From assembly GCA_052327205.1 (NCBI GenBank), contig CM126214.1, forward strand, positions 141,918,001-141,982,000: a stretch of DNA of 64,000 bases, read 5' to 3'. This document shows, piece after piece, positions 34,994 through 46,849 of the stretch. Positions within the stretch are counted from its first letter, which is position 1; every line of letters starts with the position of its first letter. This DNA is from Somniosus microcephalus (Eukaryota). The translations under genes and the position numbers were made by a program. The notes beneath the pieces were generated by a model, which did no database searches, was not told the DNA's origin, and saw only the letters and a list, made by a program, of their open reading frames with translations.

Positions 34994-37900
34994 GATTATC
35001 GTACAAAACCATTTTGCTGCAGTGCTTGTCCTTTTGCATCCAAATTTTTTTCTGCCTACAAGAGCCACTTCAGAAATGTTCATAGTGAAGATTTTGAAAA
35101 CAAAATCCTGATAAATTGCCCTTATTGTCCATACAATGCTGACAGAAAGACCCTGGAGACCCATATCAAGATTTTTCATGTTCCTCTCTGGAAAGTACCC
35201 AGTGGAGGCAAGAATGCACACAATGAAAAGTCAAAGCAGGATGGCAATCTTAAACTGAAACATGCTGACAGCGTGGAGCAAGCAGTCTATTACTGTAAGA
35301 AGTGTACCTACCGAGATCCTCTGTATGATGTTGTCAGGAAACATATTTACAGGGAACATTTTCAACATGTGGCAGCGCCTTATGTGGCGAGAACAGGAGA
35401 CAAGTCGGTGAATGGCACATTTTCTGCCCCTAATGGACGAGATGATGGGACTGTACATTGCAAACGTTGTCTCTTCATACCCAAGACTTACGAGGCCTTG
35501 GTGCAGCATGTTATTGAAGACCATGAACGAATAGGATACCAAGTAACAGCAATGATAGGGCATACTAATGTGGTAGTACCAAGATCAAAGCCCTTGATGT
35601 TGATAGCACCAAAGCCACACGATAAGCCTTCTCTAGCTGCCGCAAATTATCAGAGTATTAAAACTTCAATGCAGCAGAATATGAATCGTGTATCCATGTC
35701 CAAAAGCGCACAGAATTCTGCAGTCAATCTTATGTCGAGTACTGGTCGTCTGCCACCAAAATATGCCATTTCATCAATGGCGCATAACTATTCTTTGGGG
35801 CAACAAATTAGACTCCCACTGCCAGGTGGTTTGCCAGTTTCCCTTCAGCAGCGATCACAAACAGTAAAACAGTTAATCTCCAGTGGCAATGGTAGGCAAT
35901 ATGGAGTTAGTGCTGGAGAACAGAGGCGGCCATCTCAGATGCAATATAATGTTCAGTCAGGAAGCTTGACCGGTAACAGTGCGTCCAGTCAATTGTCAAT
36001 GAAACAGTCGCAGTTCAGTATTTCTCAAGCACAAAGGATGCAAGGATTGTCCAGTTCAGCGGTAAAGTCATTAACTTCTCCAGCAGGCCTCACTAATTCT
36101 GCTACACAGAGCTCTGCATTGGCTGGTTCTGCTGCTCAGAAATGGAAGATCTGCACAATGTGTAATGAGCTTTTCCCAGAAAGTGTGTATAGCATACACT
36201 TTGAAAAGGAGCATAAAGCTGAAAAGATCCAGGCCGTAGCTAATTATATTCAGAAGATCAACAGTTTCACGAGCAAGTGTCTCTACTGCAACCGTTATTT
36301 ACCCAGTGAAACACTGCTTAACCATATGCTTATACATGGACTGTCGTGTCCCTACTGCCGTTCCACTTTCAATGATGTTGAAAAGATGGCTGAACATGTA
36401 AGAATCCTTCACATTGATGAAGAAGTGGGACCCAAGACTGAGTCAACATTAACTTTTGATTTGTCTACACAGAAGGGTAGTCGCAGTAATATACAACTCC
36501 TTGTAACTACATACAGTATTTCTGAGAGTCCCTCAATGGAGAATGCAAACTACCGACCCCAGAATCAGAACTTAACATTCAGAAAGCCAGAAGGGCAGTT
36601 GCAGCAGCCAAAACCACAGGTCAAATCTAAAATAAAGCCAGATTTGAATTCTATACCTCAAACCCAAATTCCCTATAAAAATGATGTTGGAAAAACCCTT
36701 TGCCCGTTGTGTTTCTCTATTTTGAAGGGCCCGATATCGGATGCTTTGGCTCACCATCTGAGGGAACGGCATCAGGTGATACAAACCATTCATCCAGTGG
36801 AGAAAAAACTCACCTATAAATGCATTCACTGTTTGGGAGTCTACACGAGTAACATGACCGCCTCTACTATAACATTGCATCTGGTACACTGTAGAGGTGT
36901 TGGAAAAGCACAAAATGGTCAAGATCGAAGTCTTGCTCATGCCAAGGTAACACACTCACCAAGTGTAATGCCCATGAAACGTGAATATGAGTATGAATAT
37001 GGGGACTTTGCTTTAATGAAAAAAAGGAAATTGGATGGTGAGGAGACTGTCCAGAGTTTTACCTTGGGAGAGGAAAAACTGGAGGAGCCAATAGTTTTGG
37101 CTATTGATCCAAAGGGCTATGAGGACGAGTCCTACGAGGCCAGAAAAATGTTTCTCACAAACTACTTTAACAAGCAACCCTACCCAAATCGAAGGGAAAT
37201 TGAAAAGTTGGCAGCTGGCTTATGGTTATGGAAATCGGACATTGCCTCACACTTCAGCAATAAGAGGAAGAAATGTGTTCGGGATTGTGAGAAGTACAGG
37301 CCCAAGGTATTGCTGGGATTTAACATGATGGAGTTGCGAAAGGTAAAGCACAATATGGACTTTGGGCCTACTTGGAATATGTTAAATAACAAAGAAGTAG
37401 GTGGCAAAGAATCCGCCAGTTCAAAACCAAACTCGGAGAAAGTGAATCGGAAGACCGAGAAAGAGAAAAGAGATTTGAATCTGGGATCAGAAAAGGTGGA
37501 GGCAAGTGTTTTGGATTTGAGCTCCCAAATGGAGGAAAATTCAAATCCAAACTCAGAAAAGGTAGAGGGAGGTGCTTCGAGCCAGAGCTCAGAAAAAATG
37601 GAGGGAAGTGCTTTAGATTTGAGCACTCAGATGGAAGAAAGTCCTTCAAACGTGAGCTCTGAGATGGTGGAGGGAACACCATTAGATTTGAGTGCTCAGA
37701 TGGTAGAGGAAACCCCTTCAATCAAGAGCGCTGAGATGGTGGAGGAAAGTCCTTCAAATGTGAGTTCTGACATGGCGGAGGGAACTGCTTTAGATTTGAG
37801 TTCTCAGATGGTGGAGGGAAGCCCTTCAATCAAGAGCGCTGAGATGGTGGAGGGAAGCCCTTCAAATATGAGCTCTGAGATGGTGGAGGGAAGCCCTTCA

Positions 37901-38644
37901 AATATGAGCTCTGAGATGGTAGAGGAAAATGCTTCAAATATGAGCTCTGAGATGGTGGAGGAAAATGCTTCAAATACTTGTGCAGGTGAAGATTTGCCAT
38001 CAACTGAAATGGGTAGAGAAGAAACTTCTGAAATGTTGAGTAATGAATTGCAAAAACCTGCATTGGCGCTGAAGGATGATGAATCAAATATGGAAGAGGA
38101 GCAATATCCTGAGCCAGCTTCAGAATCAAAAGATAAAGAATCAGAAAGTGAGGATTCTGAAGAATTCTCGGAATGTAAAGATGGTGTTTCTCCGACTGAG
38201 GATGGACTAGCATCTCCACAAGCATCTGATCAGGAGGATGTTTCATCTGAACTCAAACAAGAGTTTTGGATCAAACGACCGTGGACAGATGATGCATCCC
38301 AAAGTGAAGAGGAGCAGGAGCCCACACGGTCCTCTGAAACAAAAGCTGCATTAGAAAGTGATGAACAGAACTGGACAGAAGGTCCAGCTGAGTGGAGTGG
38401 AGAGCCTTTCCAAAATGAAGAAGAAAAGTGGGCCAAAGAACAGCCTGAATGGAAGAATGTTTCGCCAGAGAATGAGGAAAGTTTGTCTAATCCACTGTTG
38501 GAGTGGCAAGGTAACACAGCAGATAGTGAAGCTGAGGAGCTTGATCAGCTCCTCGATCAGTCAAATGATGGTCTTTCAGATAATGTGGCAGAACCGGTTT
38601 GTGGCTCATCATCTGGTGTTGGGCTAAGTAGTCAGCCTGCATAG
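34994..38644 (+). CDS. ADNP: ADNP coding exon 3: C2H2 zinc fingers, NLS, homeodomain, PxVxL motif, acidic tail
   Basis: Acceptor 'ttttcag|'. Begins [14 protein letters not shown], in frame with the 1123-aa ORF of the track. Contains [45 protein letters not shown], the homeodomain [29 protein letters not shown] and PKVLL (37301-37315), and ends LSSQPA*. Joined CDS is 3852 nt = 1283 aa. Confidence 0.98.
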   Translation, partial: DYRTKPFCCSACPFASKFFSAYKSHFRNVHSEDFENKILINCPYCPYNADRKTLETHIKIFHVPLWKVPSGGKNAHNEKSKQDGNLKLKHADSVEQAVYYCKKCTYRDPLYDVVRKHIYREHFQHVAAPYVARTGDKSVNGTFSAPNGRDDGTVHCKRCLFIPKTYEALVQHVIEDHERIGYQVTAMIGHTNVVVPRSKPLMLIAPKPHDKPSLAAANYQSIKTSMQQNMNRVSMSKSAQNSAVNLMSSTGRLPPKYAISSMAHNYSLGQQIRLPLPGGLPVSLQQRSQTVKQLISSGNGRQYGVSAGEQRRPSQMQYNVQSGSLTGNSASSQLSMKQSQFSISQAQRMQGLSSSAVKSLTSPAGLTNSATQSSALAGSAAQKWKICTMCNELFPESVYSIHFEKEHKAEKIQAVANYIQKINSFTSKCLYCNRYLPSETLLNHMLIHGLSCPYCRSTFNDVEKMAEHVRILHIDEEVGPKTESTLTFDLSTQKGSRSNIQLLVTTYSISESPSMENANYRPQNQNLTFRKPEGQLQQPKPQVKSKIKPDLNSIPQTQIPYKNDVGKTLCPLCFSILKGPISDALAHHLRERHQVIQTIHPVEKKLTYKCIHCLGVYTSNMTASTITLHLVHCRGVGKAQNGQDRSLAHAKVTHSPSVMPMKREYEYEYGDFALMKKRKLDGEETVQSFTLGEEKLEEPIVLAIDPKGYEDESYEARKMFLTNYFNKQPYPNRREIEKLAAGLWLWKSDIASHFSNKRKKCVRDCEKYRPKVLLGFNMMELRKVKHNMDFGPTWNMLNNKEVGGKESASSKPNSEKVNRKTEKEKRDLNLGSEKVEASVLDLSSQMEENSNPNSEKVEGGASSQSSEKMEGSALDLSTQMEESPSNVSSEMVEGTPLDLSAQMVEETPSIKSAEMVEESPSNVSSDMAEGTALDLSSQMVEGSPSIKSAEMVEGSPSNMSSEMVEGSPSNMSSEMVEENASNMSSEMVEENASNTCAGEDLPSTEMGREETSEMLSNELQKPALALKDDESNMEEEQYPEPASESKDKESESEDSEEFSECKDGVSPTEDGLASPQASDQEDVSSELKQEFWIKRPWTDDASQSEEEQEPTRSSETKAALESDEQNWTEGPAEWSGEPFQNEEEKWAKEQPEWKNVSPENEESLSNPLLEWQGNTADSEAEELDQLLDQSNDGLSDNVAEPVCGSSSGVGLSSQPA
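37430..37980 (+). repeat. Coding tandem repeat, ~33-36-bp units, in ADNP exon 3
   Basis: Unit like 'agctctgagatggtggagggaagcccttcaaatatg' ([12 protein letters not shown]), roughly 15 copies, most homogeneous at the 3' end. Confidence 0.9.
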
Positions 38645-39617
38645 AAGTTTGACTTGTTTTGGAGTCTCTCTTGCTGTGAAATGTGTGCAGAATCTTAAAA
38701 TGAAAGGAGCCAGTGTATAAAATTTGAAGGACTATTCAGAGGTACAGAATTACAGGCAGAGGAGGCGTTAAAATGCAGCAGGTTTAGTTGCATTCTGCCT
38801 TCGGGTTGCTTTACAGTTGTACAAAAGTGGCATATTGTAATTTACTTTCTAAATGTTTTCTCATTTACCTATGGTAGTGAAAGGCCAACATGTACTTATT
38901 GGTTAACAGTGTACTGTACTATAGATTTCAATAAGACCTTTAAGTTTGTTTTATTCATTTACTCGGTCTGCGTAGCTGGAATGTATATTTCTACAGTCTT
39001 TTAGAGCCATTATAAGTGAAGCTTATCGTATAGGTCTTGTGTACTTGTTCTAGATTTACTGTATGATTCACCTTTTTTTAGTGATACCCCTGCTGTTAAA
39101 TAAATGCAGCATTTAGTTCACTTGATAACTGCTTGAAGGAGGTTGTGCTGTAGTGTCTGTCAACATTATTATAAACTAGTTTTTATTGCACATATCCTTA
39201 TACAACTTTGGTAGCATTTGGCCAGTAGCTTACTGAACATAAAAACTGGCCTTACTGTAATATGGCAAATTGCTGTTTAATGTATCCTTTGCTCCAATAT
39301 TGATGGTTACTGGCATTTCAAATGTTAATGCATTTTTAAAGTCTCCCTTCAACCTAAATTACTTACAGAACTAGAAATGAAATTCATAATATGCTGATTT
39401 CACTAACTTATGTTTTGGATCAGCACACGTGGTGAATTGGGTAAAACATGGCAAATATTTAGAAATGCTGGGTTTTGCCTATTTCGAGGTTACATGTTAG
39501 GGATAAACACCACTGTGGTGTTTGTATACATTGTATCATCTATGTAATAGTGTCTGTAGTAAATTTCATTTTTGTGATCTTTATTTTCCTTTGTACTTTT
39601 CATTTACACTTCTGGAA

Positions 39618-39795
39618 AATAAAATGCTTTATCGTACTTAATTGTGTATGATATTTACATGCATTTTACGTTATGGACTTGAGATGGTGGGAAGTTTTAA
39701 AAATAAAAATGCAGTTCCCCTTAACAGATGTTTTCACAAAGATCCGTTAAATTTAATTAAACAGCATTTTTTCAACTTCACATCTTCAAAATAAA
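39618..39795 (+). terminator. Cluster of candidate ADNP polyadenylation signals
   Basis: AATAAA at 39618-39623, ~39701 and 39790-39795, at the end of a repeat-free ~1.1-kb stretch after the stop codon. Confidence 0.55.
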
Positions 39796-40164
39796 AGCTG
39801 TTTTCTCATCTCAAGTGTTAGACACTTTTTTTGGATATGCTTTATAATAAATTTACAAATTTAGCCATTTTAACGCAACAACAAATGGGCAGGAATGACA
39901 TTCTATTTGCTTATTTTTGATATTTTTTTTGCATCTTTAGTTCTGCATTCCTAGTCTGTATGAATTATAGAATTGTATACGTTCAAAGCACATGTGAGGG
40001 GTTTGGGTTATAATGTCTGTTCGTAGATAATTAGTTGTATGATTGAATGCTCCAGCGGATTTATTTTCTGTGAAGTTGGGTGCCGTGCATTCTAGCATGT
40101 ATAAATGCTGACACTTTCTTCATTTAATACTGAAAATAGGCACTAATTCCACTCTGATGGAAAA

Positions 40165-40553
40165 AAAGAGACTTGCATTTATATAGCGCCTTTCACGACC
40201 ACCAGAAGTCCCAAAGTGCTTTACCGCCAATGACGTACTTTTGAAGTGGAGTCACTGTTGTAATGTGAGAAACGTGGCAGCCAATTTGTGCACAGCAAGC
40301 TCCCACAAACAGCAATGTGATAATGACCAGATAATCTGTTTTTGTTATGTTGGTTGAGGGATAAATACTGGCCAGGACACCGAGGATAACTCCCCTGCTC
40401 TTCTTCAAAATAGTGCCATGGGATCTTTTACATCCACCTGAGAGAGCAGACGGGGCCTCGGTTTAACGTCTAATCCGAAAGACGGCACCTTAGGCAGTGC
40501 AGTACAGCACTGCACTGGAGTGTCAACCTAGCTTTTATCTGCTCAAGTCCCTG
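40165..40553 (-). mobile_element. Deu-domain-type SINE with L2-like tail (SacSINE1/AmnSINE-like), well preserved
   Basis: Tail 'acttgcatttatatagcgcctttcacgacc'. Core 'gggatcttttacatccacctgagagagcagacggggcctcggtttaacgtc'. Confidence 0.8.
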
Positions 40554-41521
40554 AATCTTCCCTTGTAATTTTTAGGTTCAGATCTTCTGGAACTAGGGAA
40601 TGCTGACCTGCAGCTTTGTTTCACACCATTGAGATCATGATTTATTTTCAGTTAACCCTTTCACTGGTACAAACTGATACTTTGGTTTGTATAAACTTTA
40701 CCATGCTTGATTCTTTTTGAACTGCAAGTTTTTGTTTGTGACGGATACATTTTATTAAGGATCTTGACAAAATTCACAGTTTAATGTCACGCCACTCGTG
40801 CATTATAATCAATGGGTTGAAACAACCTTAATTTTGGCCTAATTGGCATTTCTGGAATGCTGCATTCTATTGGGGGGGGGGGGTATATTTTTGAATAAAA
40901 TATTCATAAAAATGCAGATTACACTACATGAATGAATATGGTAGTTGCTGAGACCTGATTTCCAAAATTATGATTCTGGTAATATCAGAGCAATTTCAAA
41001 AACTACTAACCAAAGAGGAGGTACTTTTTTATTTTAAAAACAAATTGTTAAGTAATAACTAGTAATGTGTGGTTTTAGTGCTTTTAATGATGGTGTATAA
41101 TAGCTTACTGTAATTTGATGGGGACAGTATTTTTAAAAATTGATCACATTAACAATAGTGCTTACTGTACATAACTCTTTAAAAATTGCCTGTTCAACAT
41201 CAGATCTGCAAGTTCGGTCCTAAGAGTTTGTTTTCTCCCAAACTTTCTTGGTGACATTCATTTTAAGTGGCTTATACTTTGAGGCATAAAGTAACATGTT
41301 GGAGTACAAATGGAGTGCCTTGGTTATAAAACATTAAAACTGGAATATTTTGTGTTATTCTTGGCTTTTATATTAACTGCTCATTTTGACCAATACATCT
41401 GTAATGTTTGGTTTCTAACAAAGTCAGCAATGCTACTTGGAGAGCTGAAGCTTTGATGATGGCTGCCTACAGCTACCTTAGGAGATACGAATATGTATGA
41501 CTCCTAAGAAGTAGTGTCAAA

Positions 41522-41635
41522 AGTGTCAGTTAGGCTCAGTTGCTAACATTTTCCCTCTGATTCAGAAGGTTCTAGTTTCAAGTTTTACTTTAGGACTTCA
41601 ATATACAGTCCAGGTTGACACTCCAGTACAGTATG
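41522..41635 (+). mobile_element. 5' tRNA-like head of the same SINE family
   Basis: A-box-like 'taggctcagttgc', then 'tctgattcagaaggtt', then 'caggttgacactccagtacagta', which is complementary to 40510-40530. Confidence 0.55.
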
Positions 41636-42084
41636 TATAACTAATATAGAGGTGATGACAGGCTTAAGACACTGAACAGACTTGAAAAATACAGACACCC
41701 TTAACCTCAGAGCAGGCTACCATTTGATAACTATTCTATGGGCTGGCCTGAAACTTTAAAACACAGAGCTTTTAGTCAATGGGTTGCAGGATTGAACTTA
41801 ACTGTACACCTACACATGATGTGCACTATAATTCTGTATTTGGAGACTGGTCACCGAGCTCTTTGTCAGACAACCAGAGCTGATCAATGTCCCCTTTTCA
41901 AAAGTCTGGCACAGCTATCAGTCAAGCCCACTACTCCAGGCCAGGTTTGGTTTGTCAAAGTGGCTTGGGGCTACGCAAACGCACACAACACGACTTCCAG
42001 TGGAACATCTTGCAGCCTAATTAACTGAATAGAATGCCACTTTATGCAGCAAAATGTCATGAATTGGATATATACCTGAAAAGG

Positions 42085-42202
42085 AGAAATATGCAGTGCT
42101 ATGTAGAAAGAGCAGGGAGTGGGACTAATTGAATAGCTCTTCCAAAGAGCCGACACAGACATGATGGGCCGAATGGCCTCCTGTGCTGTATGATTCTATG
42201 AA
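42085..42202 (+). mobile_element. CR1-type 3' end fragment (different subfamily)
   Basis: 'atgggccgaatggcctcctgtgctgtatgattctatga' stem-loop plus octamer-type tail. Confidence 0.7.
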
Positions 42203-42499
42203 AGCGTTTGCGGAGCAGTGCATCTGAAATAATTCCTTGGTGCGTTAAACAGTATGTAACTTGACTGCATGCAAGTTTGTTATCTTGCAGAAAATAACTA
42301 GCCATACTTTGCTCTTGTGTGACCTATTTTAATTCCTTATGTGCTGATTCTAGCCATAAATTCAAATCAAAAATTGGAATTTGGACAGAAAGTAAATCTC
42401 ACATTGCATAGGTAGAGTGGTTCTGAAATGGATTTAAATATTGGCTGAAGCAGAGGAAGCTATACATGGTTGTATGTGGAGCTGGATCAGCATGGAACA

Positions 42500-43125
42500 A
42501 GGAAACTAGCAGGGTGCCTTGAGAATCAGTGCTGGGGCCATTGATGTTTATAATCTACATAAATGACTTGGAAGTGGAAACAAACAAAACTCCCCAAGTT
42601 TTCAGGTGTTGCCAACTGGGAACAGGCTAAACAAGTACAGGGCTGGAGTGATGAGTGACGGATGCTGTTTAATGTGGACATGTGCAAAGTCATGATATTG
42701 GGAAAGCTGGTAATGCAATGTAAGAGGAATGGTATCCGACAACACAACAGACAATTGGAGGGTCTGGTGTATAGATTGGTGAAGCCATCAGCACAGTGTG
42801 GCAGCAGTAAAGAGGGCAAAGAGGAAATAAAAACACAAAATGCTGCAAACACTCAGCAGGTCAGACATCATCTATGGAGAGAGAACAGTTAACGTTTCAG
42901 GTCAATGACTTCAGAGCAAATAGGATCTTGGGCTGCATAACCAGATGAATAGAGTACAAATATCAAGAGTTTGTAAAGAGCATGGGTCTGGACTCTGGAG
43001 TACTCTTCAATTCTGGTTACAATTATGAAAAAGACAGCAAGACATTGGAAAGGATTCAATGAAGAGCAGCTAAACTGATAGCTGGGGTATAGCTGTTGTG
43101 TTATGAGGAGGAAGTTTAAAGACAA
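42500..43125 (+). mobile_element. Old CR1 RT fragment, interrupted by a Penelope-like fragment
   Basis: 'gggtgccttgagaatcagtgctggggccattgatgtttataatctacataaatgacttg' (decayed [13 protein letters not shown]) and FNVDMCKVM. Confidence 0.65.
42826..42912 (-). mobile_element. Penelope-like terminal-repeat fragment with imperfect 13-bp TSD
   Basis: Homologous to 62710-62800. Flanks agggcaaagagga (42813-42825) and agagcaaatagga (42913-42925). Confidence 0.65.
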
Positions 43126-43132
43126 GACAAAC

Positions 43133-43815
43133 TGGCCAAGAGTTTCCACATTGAGTGTGATCTGGGCGCAAATTCTGCTAGTTTTAAGTTTTTTTTGCTT
43201 AAGTTTCCACTCAAACCAATTTACATATCGGCAAACATAAAATCTTCCATGAACCAGCACAATCGGCCAGCGTTAGAGGATAATTTTTATTCCTTGATAT
43301 ATTTGAGTGGTAACCTGCTGCAGTTTTATTTATACAGCTGAAAATGGATTTATCACAAAAAATAAGCATTTTTATAAGTGTCTAGTCACCACCTGTGAGT
43401 AACCTGATTTTAAATAACTGAAAAAGGCTTAAAAACTATACAGAACGATTTACTAGTTACATTGGTGTCCAGTTGTCAATTTTTTAGTAAATTAAAAAAA
43501 TATTTAAAGCTTTTAAAACATGCCTATTAGTGTTCTTGCACCTAAACAACAAGCTTAATTTTAAGAGCCTACTCCAAGACCCGCAAATGGGCGCAATTAA
43601 CAGAAAATCGTAATGGTGATTAATTCGATCTGGGTCGTGGCCAGTTTTGTGGGCGGGGCCGGCTTCTCGCGCAATGTTTTTTAAAACAGCGCAAAAGATC
43701 ACAGAACCTCAATTTGCGCTGAATGTAATTTGCACTTGAAATTGCTCAATCTTTTGTGCTGGTTTGGCTAATTTCTGGCAAATTGCACTGAAAAACCAGT
43801 GGAAAATCCTGCCCA
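43133..43815. mobile_element. Probable non-autonomous DNA transposon (Harbinger-like ends)
   Basis: Imperfect terminal inverted repeats ggccaagagtttccac / gtggaaaatcctgccc, repeated 'gcgcaaat'-like subterminal motifs, AT-rich centre. Sits between two CR1 pieces. Confidence 0.4.
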
Positions 43816-44049
43816 CTATGTTTAATGTAGTCACATTCTACAAGAAGCGCACATAAACTTTGAGGATGAAAAGACATTTCAATTTTATCTACAGAGATGG
43901 TAGTAAATGTATGGAATAGACTGCCAAGAGAGGGAGTGGGGGGCTCATTGTAAGAGAGTTGCCCAAGTACCTAGAGAAAAAAATGATGGGTGAATATGAG
44001 ATTTACTGGGACTGGCTAAGTGGATCATAATCTTTTCCAGTCCTGTATA

Positions 44050-44300
44050 TTCATTTGTACAGTACTGAGGGGTGCAGAATTGTCTGAAGTCCCATTCTTC
44101 AGATATGGTATTAAAACTGAAGCCTTGTCTGCCTGTTCAGGTGCATGTTCCCATGGCACTATGCGAAAAGGAGGGTGTTCTTACGTCCTCGCCAATATTC
44201 CTCCTCAACCAATAACAACATGCCTCCCTCAATCAACACAACCGAAAATAGATTAACTAGTCATTCATCTCATTGCTGTGTACAAAATAGCAGTTGTGGT
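44050..44300 (+). mobile_element. Deu-SINE-like fragment
   Basis: 'tacagtactgagggg...ttaaaactgaagccttgtctgcc...cccatggcacta...gccaatattcctcctcaaccaa' is the reverse complement of the 40165-40553 core. Confidence 0.6.
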
Positions 44301-45111
44301 TGGCCACAAACCCACTGCACCTCAAAAGGTAATGGGAATGATTAGCAACACTATGCAGCCACTAAATGGTTTCAGCCCCTCCATGATGTCACTTCTGGGG
44401 CCAGGCCTCTGGTGATGTCACTTGCTCCCATGCAGTTCAAACCTGCAAGTGCCTTTCTGTCTTTGTTTCTGCTTTTAAAGACCTGTGGTATCTATGCTTT
44501 TCTTTATTGCTACCACTAAAAATAGCTACTTTTGGTGAGTTTGCTTGTAATTTGTAGTGCTGCAATTAACTGATTAACTACTCCAGTTGTATAATTTTAC
44601 TGCTTTATAGGAGTAAGGCTATTCAGCCCCTCATGCCTGTTCCGCCACTCAGTGATGGTGAATTGGCAGCTCTTGTTACACTCCAGTCCCGCTTTTTTCT
44701 TTTCCATTGATTTCAATGGAACTGGAGCAGCAAGCTCTGATGCACCGGAATGTTCTTGCGGTCCATGAATGTTCCTTTGCCCAGTGCACTGAGCCGTTTC
44801 CCAATGTCATGTGGCATTAACTGAATAGGCTACACTGATACCTGTGAGGGCGGACACCTCAATTAGAGGCCAAGCAGGATTGGGCACGCAGCAGCTCTGG
44901 CTGAAGACGCTTGCATACATAATGCAGGGATCCATCCTGTTTCAGGGATTGGAGGATCATGGTGCCGCCTCCTCGTCACTTCAGTGTTCACCTTTCTCGA
45001 TGTGGCAGGGCCACAGAGCTTTGTTCTGATCCATTGGTTGTGAACCAGCTTAGTTCTGCTTCAAGCCTGTTGCATTTTGGTGTTTAGCATGCAGGCAGTC
45101 CTTTATGGTAA

Positions 45112-45206
45112 TAACAGAAAATGCTGGAAAAACTCAGCAGGTCAGGCAACATCCGTGGAGAGAAATTTGAGTTGACGTTTCGGGTTGGACCCTTTATGTA
45201 ACTTTA
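45112..45206 (-). mobile_element. Penelope-like terminal-repeat fragment with perfect 15-bp TSD
   Basis: TSD agtcctttatggtaa at 45097-45111 and 45207-45221. Insert is homologous to 62705-62795. Confidence 0.8.
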
Positions 45207-46849
45207 AGTCCTTTATGGTAACTTCACTAGTTTGTAGCCAATTCAAAGGTACACTTGCTGCTGCTCCAAGATGCTCTTCCACCATGCACATTGCATCAGG
45301 CTTAGTCTCCTGGCATGGTGATCCAAGAGTGGTCAGTGAGTGAGGACGAGGAGGGATAGCACACCACAGCCACAATGAGTTCCTCACAACTTGGAGATGA
45401 GGGGGTACAGTTTAAGGAAATGGTAGTGAAATAAAGTGGAGGGTTATCATTGATCTCCAGGATGTTTCTGGAGTAACAGGCACAAGAGCATGTGGCCTGA
45501 TAGTGCTTGATGTGGTACAGCCTGATGTGATGGCTGGTTACGCCTGTTGTGTGCCCTTGAACTTGAAGCAGTGAAGATGGGAGCCATTACCAGGATAAAT
45601 GAGCAGAATGTTTGTGGGAATGAGGGCATTAAAAGTGGAGGAGAGTGATTTACAGCTAATGGCTTGCTCGGCCAGTTAAGAGGGTGCAAGTCAACCACAT
45701 TGAGTAGGCTTGACTGAGTGTGGGTGGCCCACATGAGATTTTCCAACCAGCTCCTAACCTTTCAGCTCTTAACTTTGGGTGTCAGTTTAGGGAGCTGGGT
45801 CAGTAGTTCTTGGACAAGGGCCAGCAAAGGCAGTTGGCCAGAAATTAGGAACATGTACAGCCTTTGATGCATTGATAATTTGGGTACTGTGCCTGCTGGA
45901 GGTATCAGTTTGTCAGCTTTGTCTGTCAGGGCAAAATGTCAACTCTGATCAGAATTGGGGATTTCCTTGATTGGAAAATCCTGCTGCTATTAGACAGTAA
46001 CATCTCGATGCACAAGTCAGTTGGTTGTCCTTTGCATCCCTCACAGGTGCTTAATGTTTAGAGAAAGAAACATCTGAGCAGCCAGGATGCTTCCTGCACC
46101 TGATCCACCCATTCTGTCATAGCACCTTGTTTACTCAAGCAACAGCCTAGATACACCCCCTCAGGGAGGTTGTGTTACTGACTACTACTGGGTGGACCAC
46201 AGAGCAGGAGCAGCTGAGGTGCAACTTTCAAGAGACAGCTGTCATTCCCCGGAAGCGACATAAGCAACAGGCCAAGATTTCAGGGGTCCAGGCTGTTGTG
46301 ATTTAGGAGCATCAGTCTCTCCTCATAGCGCTGAAGATAGAACCATTGTAGTCCAGAAACCACATTTGCCGTGCGGGAGGTATATGACATGATATGAGGA
46401 AGACCCTGGCGACTCTTGTCAGCCCAGGAGATCAATGCAGTCCCTAGATATCAGGAGAAGGGTACAAGAGCTGTTGTACCTTTTGCAGTGACGAGAGTTA
46501 CTGCTTCCATAATAGAAGTCTCACAAAGTAGCCGTGACTGCTCAGAAACTGCAACATGACTCTGTCAAAACCATGGTGTAGGATCACAATTGTGTGTGCT
46601 TGCATTTAATTAGCCCCTATTTGATTTCAGTGGGTTGCAATGCCAGCTGAATGATCAAGGCATAGGAGGGAAATCATGGCAGAAATAAAGTTAGCCAATT
46701 TTGGAACGGAGCTTTGGCTGAGGTCCTTGTCCTAAGTAAAGCCTTTTCTCTCTTCCCATCCTGGTTGTTTCCCATGCTATGGCCCCATCTTTGCTTCCTC
46801 AACTGAGTGGTGCAGAATTGAGCTTATCCAGCAAACAACTGGTTTAGCC

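Noticed and set aside
35273-35275. ORF-track start 'MEQAV' as the ADNP start
   Set aside because: It is an internal GTG (Val). The frame is open back to the acceptor at 34994, and the true ATG is at 27655.
37430-37980. ~36-bp periodicity resembling a CRISPR array
   Set aside because: Units are contiguous with no unique spacers, lie in frame within a eukaryotic exon, and no cas genes are present.
36572-38627. Antisense and alternate-frame ORFs over ADNP exon 3, some repetitive
   Set aside because: Shadows of the ADNP CDS and its 36-bp repeat.
41522-41600. tRNA-like sequence
   Set aside because: Degenerate SINE head with no intact cloverleaf or B box. Not a tRNA gene.
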